In this document: positions 1 through 11,069 of the stretch, piece by piece
How positions within the stretch are numbered: position 1 is the stretch's first letter
Layout of the letters: the number at the start of each line of letters is the position of its first letter
Assembly (NCBI GenBank): GCA_021613535.1
Contig: CP075494.1
Location: 8,866,001-8,930,000 of the forward strand
Source of the DNA: Adineta vaga
Taxonomy: Eukaryota; Animalia; Rotifera
Reading direction: 5' to 3'
DNA: 64,000 nucleotides
The notes under the pieces: generated by a model
Told to the model about the DNA's origin: nothing
Seen by the model: only the letters and a program-made list of their open reading frames with translations
The model's database searches: none
Program-made: the position numbers and the translations under genes

Positions 1-1
1 T

Positions 2-1069
2 GCACCGAAATTCGATAAAACATCTCCAAAATATCCACTCTATATTATTATCAAAACTAGAGCTGTGTCATCAGGTACATATTTACAACGAAGAATGTTT
101 ACAAGATCGAGTTGGGGTCGTGAAGCGCATGCACTTGGAATTCCCGTTATATATGCAATTGGAAAACCAAAAGATGATCATGTACAAATGATGCTCGAGC
201 TTGAAAATAAAAATTATGGAGATTTACTACAATTTAATTATATAGGTATGAAAATACATAAAACTAGATATTTTTGAACAAGAAAACTTCTTGTTTTCGT
301 AGATGCTTATTACAATATTACGATTAAATCAACAGGTATTTTTAATTGGTTTGCAACACGTGGTTGTCAACATGTAACGCCTTATCTATTTGTTGTTGAC
401 GATGATGTTCTATTGAATCTTCCACCATTCTTAGCAATGATATCTAGTCATATGTTTAACTTTAATACCATTTATGGTTTATATCTTGCTGATATTGAAC
501 CACATCCAACTGGTAAATGGTCTGTTAGTTTAACTGACTTTCCCAATCGAACATATCCTACATTTATTATTGGTGCTTCAATATTATATCCTTCTATAAT
601 TGTACCTCGATTAGTTGATGGTGTATATAACTTAGTAGACAAAAATCAACCAATTCTATTCTTGGATGATGTTCTTTTTAGTGGAATCATTGCTGAACAA
701 TTAGGTATTCAACGTGCTCCGATGTCTGGTATTGAAGATTGTTCATATACAGATTTATTTTCATGTATTATTATAACGGAATGTAGTAATCTACGACGTT
801 TGTATATTTGGTCAAAATTTATTCTCACTCGTCTTGGACAAGATACATGTGAAATTAATCGTTTAATTAATAAGACAAGTTATACAAAATGGCGTGGAGA
901 TTTTGTACATATGCGAAATGGCACAGCTATTATTCAAACAAATGAATTGAATCAACCAATATTCATTATTTTATCTGATTATCATTCGAAGATATCTTTT
1001 CTCGTATTACTAATTCTAATTTTTGTATTTATTTCTGTTAAATTGAGTCAAGGACAAAAATTTAAATAA
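2..1069 (+). CDS. GT31-family beta-1,3-galactosyltransferase-like protein, 5'-partial, 2 exons visible (intron 246-302)
   Basis: Splicing gtatga...tcgtag gives RRMFTRSSWG...LELENKNYGDLLQFNYIDAYYNITIKS...FVVDDDV...YPTFIIGASILY...LDDVLFSGIIAEQLGI. These match the GT31 motifs (RxTW, DxYxNLTLK, DDD, EDVxxxG). Stop taa at 1067-1069. Confidence 0.88.
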
Positions 1070-1130
1070 AATTAGCTGTATGACAGCCACTTTCAATAAA
1101 TACATTGGTTTTAATATATTACTTGAAACT

Positions 1131-1500
1131 TTATTCGACGTTTCGACTGTTTAGACGGTCATTATCAAGATTGACAAGCTTATAATTTGATGTTTTAAAT
1201 TTAATTTTACAATATTTCAAGATTAAATAAGACGATGGAGAAGAGAACAGAACAGAAATCTATGAAATAGAAACAATGCATATGATTCGAGGAACAACAG
1301 TTTTTTAGTATGTTCTTTTCGAATTTAGGATAGGATTGGGGAGAAACGTAATGAAGAAAAATTATATGCATAAACGTACAGTAGTATTGTGTGTTTTTCG
1401 ATTCAATTATGAATCGTACGTTTTTATTATCAAGGATTCTTCTAGTAATTTTTCTTCTTTCGATGTTTCATTACAGTACTTGTATTATCTTTTCTTTTGT
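1131..1500 (-). mobile_element. Degenerate 3' fragment of a Penelope-like retroelement (GIY-YIG C-terminus plus pLTR hammerhead)
   Basis: Minus strand ~1449-1389 translates KLLEESLIIKTYDS*LNRKTH, resembling the GIY-YIG terminal 'ESLxIK....LNR' motif of Penelope elements. It is in the same orientation as, and ~220 bp upstream of, the hammerhead. Stops and frameshifts show decay. The upstream boundary is uncertain. Confidence 0.55.
1133..1172 (-). ncRNA. Minimal type I hammerhead ribozyme of Penelope-like-element type (U3-A8 core variant)
   Basis: Minus strand reads aatc-UUGAUAA-u-GACCGU cuaa ACAGUC-GAAA-CGUC-gaauaaa. The core CUGANGA carries the compensatory U3/A8 change, stem II has 5/6 pairs, then come the GAAA box, a palindromic ACGU stem III, a GUC cleavage triplet and AATAAA. 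Confidence 0.7.
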
Positions 1501-3241
1501 ATCGGTTTCATTGTTATTCAATCCTGTTCAAGTAATTATGCATTTGATTGTTGTTAACGTTACTGATGTTATCGTTGGTGTTGTTGTCGAATGTCTACCA
1601 TTATTATTTGTATTTACCGGAAGAATTTCACTATCATTTGTATCTAGTTTATTGGTTGATATTGGAGTTGTATCTTTTGAAATCTTGATTTGTGCTATGT
1701 ATTATTTCACTGTTTTACTTACAGTGGGTGTTGGATGTGATTTGACATGATTTCATGTATGTTCAATTTATTTTAGTTATTTAAATGATTGTATTCTGTT
1801 AAAAGATATGTTGCTATAGTATATTTTGCAGATCTTTGTTGAGTAGATTTTCTAAGAGACTTTTTTTTAATCAATAAAAAGGTAGAAATGTTGTGAGCAT
1901 GTCTATTCAATAGTTTATGTAGTTTATCTTCTAGCTATTTTAGTTTTGAGCGTATTTTTAAGATTAGAAACCATTATATTGTTCAGTATCATGGGTAATT
2001 AGATAGAATGGCGAAAAAAATAGAGAAAGTCTTTAGTTTGAACTACTTTTATTGTTTAAACTAACAAAGAATGTTATTCAGTAGTATTAGTATTACATCA
2101 TAAAATTTGAATGAAGATGTCCATCAACATATGGTTGATATATGAATCAAAGGTTGTATTTAATAGTTCATAGAAACATTGAATAGCGTATATGAATTAT
2201 TAACTAAGTAAGCTAAATAATGAACATTGATAAGCTAGTCAAAATCATACTTAAATATCATGGAATTCACAAAAATATACTCAACGTCGAATGGTAAGTT
2301 CTTTCGGAATAGCTGAAACAGAGAAGTATTCGATTATTTTCGATGAACTAATATTCGGAAACATGTTTAACATAATTAATGAATCGTAGCAATTTATATG
2401 TTACTAGATCTTGATGATGTAACTATGGATCAAAATGATTACACCTTGAGAAAAAGAATGATCAATATAAAAGCGGACATCTCTTTGATAAATGAAGCAA
2501 TAATCATTTACACCCTATATATTACATATGGACTACTCTTAAAAGTAGCAGACAAATTTTACTCTCTTTTTATACGACCACGGAGTTGATAAAGGAATAA
2601 TTCATTCGTTAAAGTTCTCATTTGTTACCATAATATAATATAGAAAAAAGAAACATATACTTCGTTTCTTTCCTTGACAATTAACAGCCGATTCCATTTA
2701 ATAAAGAAGTGCTAACAGATACATATGTTTTGAACTTTTTTAAAACTAATATATTTATTTAAAGTCGCTCTTATACAGCTAATTTTCTTTCTTCTTTTAT
2801 AAAAAAAATTAATTCTATGAAGACAAGTTAACAATAAACCACCGTCAGTATTATCAACATCTTCCGTATCGAATTCAACAAATTTATTAACAATTACCTA
2901 AATCGAAGAATCCGATGTGGAAACGGTCGGTTCATAAACATTCCCAGTGGTTCTATGAAAACGATATTCCATCCAATATGTAAACATTTTCATAACGGAA
3001 TAAATGTTTTTTTCCTTTTACAAAAAGTTCTTTCCGTGGCAGACTATCTAACATAATTGCATGAGAATATCTTTCTACAGATGAGATTGTTTGACAAAAA
3101 GATTGATATATAATGACTATTTATTTATATATACATAATAATGAATACAGAAAAACACCGAAATATATAAAACTAGACTTGAATAGCGGATTTCATACCA
3201 ACTATTCGTTATTTCATGCTAATTTATTAAATATAGATAGA

Positions 3242-4235
3242 TTAAACTCGTCGAAAATAATAGAAGACCATAAATGTAGCTACAATGCCACTAAGAAAAG
3301 CACCAATAGTAGTTAATCGTGATTGTGGTACAGCATCGCGTAAAATGATCATCTAAATTTTGATAAATAGGATGGTTTCAGAGAATACAAAAAGAGCAAC
3401 TTACCCAACCACCTTTGCGTACAATCCATGGAGCAACAATTTCTTTTACAAACCGTACAGTCCATTCAATTAATACATTGAAGATTGATGAAGTTTGATC
3501 TTTCATGGACTAAAATTCTACAAGAATGAAATTTATTCAATTTTAGTTTTAACATACTTTCATGAGTAGTTTATAAGTAAAGTAAAATAATGTAACAATT
3601 CTTCCCCAATTATAAATTCCATCACAAAATAATTCTTTAGCAACGTCACTGAATGTTTCATATGGACTGTCAATAGGTACTTGATTGACCATACTATAAA
3701 GAAATAAGCAAAGATCTTATCATAGAATTTAATATTTCTCAAAAGAAAATTTAAAATATCACTTTTTGTTGTTATTATTCACCTTTTAATACGTTGATCA
3801 GCATCAAGTTCATCACCAATCATACGTAATCGTTGTGCGATTTGTTGAATTTGTCGGTATTGTGGAACTACATAGAGTTAAATGAAGAGAATTAATTTAT
3901 CTTCAAATTTGATTACATACGTGCAGCAAGATCAATATCAATAATTGGTCTTACTAAATTCATATCGACACCATCTTCAACTGCACGTTCAATAATAAAT
4001 TCTTCTAATATATAACGCGTTTCTTCGGATACATCTTCAACACTTTTTTTATACGGAGAAGCTTCACTATAATTCGTTGCTACAAAAAAGAAATAAAAGA
4101 GGTTAACAAATGTAAAACAAAATGCTTTGTTAACATACGAATATAAGGTACATGTTCAAAACGCATGGAATATATATCAGACGTATCGATGGAACTCATC
4201 ATTGTACGAGTGGTAGTGGTGGTAGTAGAAGGCAT
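3242..4235 (-). CDS. BAX: Bax-like multidomain pro-apoptotic Bcl-2 family protein (6 exons, not in the ORF track)
   Basis: Hand-spliced with GT-AG introns: BH3 IAQRLRMIGDELD (~3795-3845), BH1 ELFCDGIYNWGRIVTLFYF (~3580-3640), BH2 EWTVRFVKEIVAPWIVRKGGW (~3405-3470), and C-terminal tail anchor IGAFLSGIVATFMVFYYFRRV*. ATG 4233-4235, stop 3242-3244. Confidence 0.9.
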
Positions 4236-4620
4236 ATTTTTCTACAATGATCGTGATCGTGATCGATAATGAAAGTGACAGACAGACAGTTCAATGTGTT
4301 ATAACAAAGTCAATGTATTTCCGCCAATTGAACTATTCTAATAACTAATCAAAAAGAAAAATTTATCCCAACAAAAAACAATTCGATATAATTGAGAAAT
4401 ACTTTTGTTTTATAAAAATAAATTTTTATACTAAATCTCATAGATGTCACTCATATGCAATGAATTTCATCATCAAATTATTATGTTATTTTCTTTATTA
4501 TTCAAAATATATATATATATATGTATATAACTAAAATATTGAAAAAAAATAGAAATCAAAGATAACAATAGATTTTCATTTAGTCAGATTCGATGTTTTC
4601 ATTGTGACAAGATTTAGAAG

Positions 4621-6063
4621 TTAATCTTCGTTATGTTGAGCATCTACTTCACAATTCGTTGGTCTAGAATTCAGTTTCGCTTTTACTGGAAGTGGTGATT
4701 CTTGATTTAATAGATCACCCCATTTAGTCTCTTGAAAGAATGGATGGGCTTTTAACATTTCTATCCCACCTGTCTCTGGACTACCAAGTCGTGCATTGGG
4801 TTCAAGACGCTAAATTTGAAACAAACAATTTGCATTTCAGAAAACAAAAACTCTAAAAACAATGTACCTACCACAAGTTTTCCTATGAGATCTCCAATAA
4901 CTTCCGGAAAATCGTCAGGTAATTTATAAGCAACACGAATAACAGCATTCATAATATCATATTCATGACTAAACTAACTCAACTAGTTTTACGATTTTCT
5001 GTTGATTTAATATAAAACGACTTACTATCCACGAAATAAATGTTCACCTGTAACCATTTGATAAATCACACAACCAAGTGACCAAAAGTCCGATCTGAAA
5101 AAAAAGTCAATATTTTTCAAATGATCTTATAATTACAATATAGGAATGAACAAACCCAACATGAACGAGTCCATTTTGAAGAATTTCTGGTGCAACAAAT
5201 TGTGGAGTACCAACAAAAGAATTTCTTCGTTCTGATAATTTTTTCTCTGGATTAGAACTAGTGTTGTCATTTGTTTCAAGAAGTAGAGCAGAACCAAAAT
5301 CTGCTAGTTGAATATGCATATGATCAGTAAGAAGAATATTTTCTGGCTTTAAAACAATTCAATATTTAAAAGTAAGAGAAAAAAACAGATCGATTTTATT
5401 TACTTTCAAATCTCGATGAATGATATGTCGAATATGTAATTGTTCAAGTGCTTCAACAATTTCAGCAGAATAGAATCGTACAGTTTCTAGATCAAAATGG
5501 CCAACATCGGTAATATGTTGAAGAAGATCACCATTTGAACAATAGGTTAGACCGAAATCTACGAATAATAATGCATTAACTCAATCGAAAATATTTATAT
5601 GATAAACAATAAATTGGAATGTTCTACGCACTTTGCTTCACTCAAATTCAATAGCTATATGACGGTGGTAAATTGTACTTACAAAGATTTTCTTCATTTT
5701 GAAATGTACAACGAAGATTCACAGTATAGGGACAATCATTTAAGTGTGCTAAAATAGTCTTTTCTCGAAAGACTTCTTCAACTTTATTCAATCGTTTTAC
5801 TAAAGCTTTTCGAACAGCCTTCACTAAATATTAAATAAAACGTAATTAAGAGATTTATTTCGAAGAAGAACAATGTTCATTACATGCTAGTTCATGATTT
5901 GTGGCAATTTCAATTCCCAAATAAACCTAAAATGAGATGACAATGAATTTTTTTACATTAGCTGTTTTACTGTTGAGTATGAGCCACTATTGAGTTCTTT
6001 AATAAATTTAAAATCTTTCAATGTGCGTTTTGGTATCTGTGATGCAGAAGTATTTGTTGCCAT
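4621..6063 (-). CDS. PDPK1: PDK1 (3-phosphoinositide-dependent kinase 1)-like Ser/Thr kinase, multi-exon, kinase domain only
   Basis: Spliced product contains KRTLKDFKFIKELNSGSYST, CTFQNEENLYFGLTYCSNGDLL, RFYSAEIVEALEQLH, IHRDLKPENILL, ADFGSA, RRNSFVGTPQFVAPE and LKAHPFF, all PDK1-type. ATG 6061-6063, stop 4621-4623. Confidence 0.85.
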
Positions 6064-6282
6064 CGAATTTCTATTATTCTATTTTCAAAATATCATCTAG
6101 ACAAAAGAAAACTTACTTTTATATTAGAAAAAAAGCGAGAGATTTTTCGATTGGTCTTTACATAGAGCCAATGAAATTGAATAATATTAGGCTATAAATA
6201 TAATAAAATTCAAACAACACGGGATGCGGTATTTCGGTTGCAGTGTAGACTTGATAAGTTGATATTTTAGTAAATAGTACTC
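6064..6282. promoter_or_regulatory. Probable bidirectional promoter between PDK1-like and galactokinase genes
   Basis: The divergent ATGs are only 219 bp apart. There are opposed CCAAT boxes (attgg 6150-6154, ccaat 6168-6172) and a TATA-like tataaata near 6193-6200. Confidence 0.45.
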
Positions 6283-7717
6283 ATGGTATCTGAAAAGATC
6301 TCAGCAGTTGAACAACTTCGAGAAAATCTTCTTCAATCTTATCGAGTAGAATTTCCCGATGATAAACCAACCATTTGTGCATTTGCACCAGGACGCGTCA
6401 ATTTAATCGGTGAACATGTGGATTATAATGATGGTTTTGTTTTTCCAATGGCTATTCCATTCGGAACTATGATTATGGGAAAAGCATTAGATGAATCAAC
6501 GACAAGCAAATGTTATATTCGAACATTATCAAGTAAATAGGATTTATGTTAAGTCGGAAGTAAATGTTGTTTTTCTCTTTCTTATAAAATAGAAGATGTT
6601 GATGAACCAAAATCAATTGAAATTGATTTAACACAAGAAATCTCACCATTAAAATCACCAAAATGGGCAAATTATATTGTCGGTGTTCTTGCTCTCTTTT
6701 TAAACCAAACAAAACGTGATAAAAAACTACCATTTCAAATACTTATTTCAACAACAGTGCCTATTGGAGGTGGCCTTAGTTCATCAGCATCAGTCGAAGT
6801 AGCAATGTGCACCTTTCTTGAATTACTCTATCAAGATGCATTAACAAAAGTCGACAAAGCACTCTTATGTTGCAAAGCTGAACAAACATATGCTAATGTT
6901 CCATGTGGTATAATGGATCAATATACCGCATGTATGGCTGAAGCTAATCATGCTCTTCTGATTGATTGTCGTGATAATACTTCGAAATCAATTCCAATGA
7001 TGAATAAGGATGTATGTGTATTAGTAACTAATTCTAATGTAAAACATGCATTAGTTTCGGGAACATATGCTGAACGTGTTCGACATTGTCAAGAAGCTGC
7101 TAATCTTTTAGGTCAGTTGAACACTGTTTTATTTGAGCTGTCAATTCTTACTGCTCGAAAAGAATGTCATTAGTTTGAAGAACATGTTCATTGTCAAAAA
7201 CTTTGTCATTTATAGATTAGTTTATTTTTAGGTCTGAAGAAATTACGTGAAGTAAACTCGATGAAAGAATTAGAGAATGTCCGTGATAAAATATCACCGG
7301 TCATTTATAAACGTGCACGTCATGTAATAACAGAAATTAAGCGTGCAGAAATCGGTGCCAAAGCATTAAGTAAGAATGATTATAAAGAATTTGGTCGACT
7401 TATGTATGAAAGCCATGAATCACTTCGTGATGATTTCGAAGTGTCATGTCAAGAATTAGATGAACTTGTCGAATTAGCACGGTCTGTTGATGGAGTTTAT
7501 GGTTCACGCATGACTGGTGGTGGATTTGGTAAAGAGCTAATTGATTTATTCTATTATGAAGATGATTTGTTTTCTAGGTGGTTGTACGGTAACATTAGTA
7601 GCAAAATCAGCCGTAGAAAAATGCATCGAAACAATGAAAAACGGTTATAAAGGCACAGCAAGTTTTTATGAATTTGAACCCAGTGATGGAGCTCATGCAG
7701 TTGATCTCAAACAATAG
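6283..7717 (+). CDS. GALK1: Galactokinase (GHMP family), 4 exons
   Basis: [64 protein letters not shown] and [14 protein letters not shown] (after splicing). Stop tag at 7715-7717. Confidence 0.96.
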
Positions 7718-8202
7718 ATGACTCATATTGCTTTTCTCAGTATTTAATCTCATTTTATTGTGATGGTGATTTTATATTCCAACTTATCAACCAGATAAAC
7801 ATATAGCATTTATTCTGAGATGAATTTTCATATCCATCTTTTTTTCATTAAAAATATATAAAAAAAAAACACAAGAAATACTTTTCTTTTTTAATGAATA
7901 ACAGTCGAGTGTCACAGAAAAATGATAACAAGAATCATATATCCAAATATTAGTTTCGTATCTTCAGTATGAATTTAATCTAAACACTTGTGAACCTTTG
8001 TTCAATGGATTCAATAGGATAATAATTGACTGGTGTATTAACAATGATTAAGATGAAAAAAGCTTTTATAGAAATACTTGTATGAATATCTTTATCTATT
8101 GATGAAAAACAAAATCTTTGAATAACATACACTTGAACTAGTGTCCACTCAGACTTTTTTGTCTATTCTTATCACTGATGTTTACATTATTTTTTGTTCA
8201 AT

Positions 8203-8998
8203 ATGAAATCAAATGTAGTTAACAGAAATAAAGATGATAGATTAGAAGCAGTAGCCGATTTCTTTACATCGATGAATTGTATATTATTAGTTCATTTTCT
8301 TTTATTACTTCTTTCAATTGTACTTTTAATATTCGGTATTTGTACACCAAGATGGATTGTTTCTGTTCATAATAAGACGAGTAATATCATTAGTGAACAT
8401 TCCGATGGTATTCTAGAAAAATGCCAACGATTTTCTAAACAAGATAATATTAGGAATAAAAATGATGATATGAAAATATGTTTTAATTATTTATTCAAAT
8501 GGTTTAATGGATTTCAGTTATGGAGTAAGTCGAATTGATTCGATATGTCTTTATTTCTATTGATATACTCTCTTTTTCAGCTTACCAAAAAGTATTAATT
8601 GGCATTTCATTTAGTTGTATATTCATTGCTATTATTTCTCTATGTCTAACACAATTGATTGAAAATCAATCATCATTTTATAAAATCTATCATTCCAAAC
8701 GTATTGTTGATTATCTATTAATTACAAATATTCTAACTGGTATGTAATTGATTCAAATTTTCCTACTTCTAATAATTCTATTTTATTTCAACAAGGAATT
8801 CTCGCCCTGATTACATTAATCTTATTTTTTGGTTTTGAACATATTCAATCTATTTTCCATTGTGGTTATTCATTTTGGTTATTTGTTTTGGGTACTTGTT
8901 GTATATTTATTTGTTGTCTATTAATTGCAATCTTTCGTATTGATGTGGAGTTCGAATTTCATCATTATTATCATGAATCTGTAGCAACACTTTTTTAG
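8203..8998 (+). CDS. Claudin/PMP22-like four-TM protein, 3 exons
   Basis: TM1 is followed by W...GILEKC...C (W-GLW-C-C-like signature), three further hydrophobic helices and GYSFWL before TM4. Stop 8996-8998. Internal splice sites are approximate. Confidence 0.7.
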
Positions 8999-9297
8999 AA
9001 TTTATAAACGATTTTACTAATGTTTTAGTTTTACTTCTTTTCGTTGAAGAAATAAAGACTGTTTTGTTTTTCTCAGTTGCCTAGTATATTTGCGAGGTCA
9101 CTTGACGATAAGAATAACAACATACACGTGGTGAATTCAAATAACAAGGAAGAAAAAAATGACGAAAAGAACGTTGTAAAAAAAAGAGAATTGAAGAAAA
9201 ATCAAGTTGGAAATAACCAAAGGAAGATTTTAGGGAGTAAAAAGAAAGAAAAGAAAATTGTCAGTATATTTTCATATAAAATTATTAATATTATTCA

Positions 9298-10859
9298 ATG
9301 TCGTCAGGCGTGTAAGTATATTGATTTTTATGAAAGTTAAAAATCTAATTTGATTTCATTCTCGTAGTATTATAGAAAATCCTAATAAGGAAACTGCTAT
9401 CTTCACATTTGCGAATGGTTCGTTGAAAGTAACTATTCAACAAGGTGATCTAAGTAGAGCAGTATGTGATGCAATTGTTAATCCAACAAATTCATCTATG
9501 ATTCATAATGGAGGATTGGATACAAAAATTCATACTAAAATGGGCCAATATTTTACTGATCAAGTCGTTGCGATCAATAATAAACTTGGACAAAATGCTT
9601 GCCCTGTAGGTCAATCTCGTATATTTATCTCTAGATTTAATCGCGAAGAATCTATTCCTCAATTTATAATCAATACTGTTGGACCATTTTATAAAAAAGA
9701 AGAACATGAACAAGGTTTATTTCATTTACAATCTTGTTATTATACATCATTAGCATTAGCTAATCTCTATAGTCTTTCATCGATTGCTTATCCAGCCATA
9801 TCTTGTGGAGCATTTAAATTTCCATTGAATGAAGCAGCAAAAGTTGGTATCAAATCAGTACGAGAATATTCGAATCAAGTGAAAGATGTTCGATTTATTT
9901 TATATGATTCAGCAGTTTTCGATGTATTTGTTCAAGAATGGACCAATTATTCTCAACAAATCAATAAAGAAGCAAATGTTGATAATGATAGAGATCGATG
10001 TCGTACACCACCACCACCAACGCCACCACCGAGTGCCGCACGACATTGTATTGTTTGTAAACAAAAACAATTACAACAAAATCAACCACATTTATGCAAT
10101 AATTGTTCAAATTTAACACGGCCAGATATGTTCAAACAATTTCTACAACAACTACGCTTTGCTGCAGAGAAATCACTTGGACATTTACAAGAAGAATGTA
10201 CGAAATTAAAACCATTGCTATCTTCTTATCCACTTGTATATATGCCAATTGAAGTTTTTGATCAAAGTATTCATCGACGTGATCCTGTTGCTGAATATTA
10301 TTTACAAGTTCATTGTGATAAAAAATTTCGAAATGCTATGCCTATGTCAATTATAGGAGATGGAAATTGTTTCTATAATTCATTCGTTAAATTAGGTGGC
10401 GCTAGTGCGACATTGGAAGGATCATCGTTAACATCTGTCGAACTTCGAGCTCGAAATATTGTCGAACTTGTTCTTAATCAACACGAATATCAAAATCGAC
10501 ATAATTCATTGTTCGAAGTATTGGATCCATTTGAACAATATGTCACTGAAGAAATGGTACGTGATGCAAATTATGTTGCAATTTGGGATTTTTTGAGTAT
10601 ACCAACTGTACTTAATGTAAATGTCATTAGCATTTATCCTAAAGTTAATGGTGATTCGGATACCTATTATACAAAAGTGAACGATCATCAATATCAACCA
10701 CTGTCGAGTGTAAATTTAACAACTACTGATCAATCAAATTCAACGATTAAAGATGTAAGAATTCTCTTCTCAAATTGCAATAAACCAGTTTCATATGGAT
10801 CGAATCAAGGCAAAGGTTGGACACCAAATCATTTTGTTCCAGTTCTCAGTCTTCGATAA
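9298..10859 (+). CDS. Macrodomain - C4 zinc finger - OTU-like cysteine protease fusion protein (micro-exon 9298-9311 plus one large exon)
   Basis: Macro: QGDL, DAIVNPTN, GGLD, INTVGP, SIAYPAISCGAFKFP. Then a poly-Pro linker, CIVC-x12-CNNC, OTU-like GDGNCFYNS and terminal WTPNHFVPV. An in-frame ATG at 9298 joins via a gtaagt...cgtag intron (9312-9367). Confidence 0.85.
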
Positions 10860-11069
10860 TAAAGAAATTTTTCTAGTATTTATTTATATAACAGTTCTAA
10901 CACTATTTTCATATGAGTTGTATTGAAATCGATGCTTTTGATAGCATGCCAAAAACAGAATATCTTTAATTAATAGATTATTGTTTTGAAATGAGTAAGG
11001 AAGATTTCTTCAAGAAAGAACTATCACCGGTTACAGAAAAAAAAGACGAGATACTGTTTTATACGACGA

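Larger units (their letters stand above)
1068..2786. mobile_element. Non-autonomous TIR-bounded element (~1.7 kb) with 47-bp imperfect terminal inverted repeats
   Basis: 1068-1114 aaaattagctgtatgacagccactttcaataaatacattggttttaa matches the reverse complement of 2740-2786 (aaaattagctgtataagagcgactttaaataaatatattagttttaa) at 41/47 positions. No intact ORF inside and no clear TSD. It could also be two inverted copies of a short repeat. Confidence 0.6.

Noticed and set aside
1336-1750. Plus-strand hydrophobic ORFs (73 and 119 aa)
   Set aside because: They are antisense shadows of the A/C-rich decayed retroelement strand and carry no motifs.
2817-3003. Coding-looking stretch (HRQYYQHLPYRIQQ...WFYENDIP)
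   Set aside because: It has in-frame stops, no recognisable motif and no convincing exon structure.
3560-3742. 60-aa minus-strand ORF in the track
   Set aside because: It is the wrong frame; the real product here is the BH1 exon of the Bax-like gene.
2-7717. Galactosyltransferase and galactokinase as a galactose gene cluster
   Set aside because: They are separated by Bax and PDK1-like genes, no GALT or GALE is nearby, and proximity alone is weak evidence.
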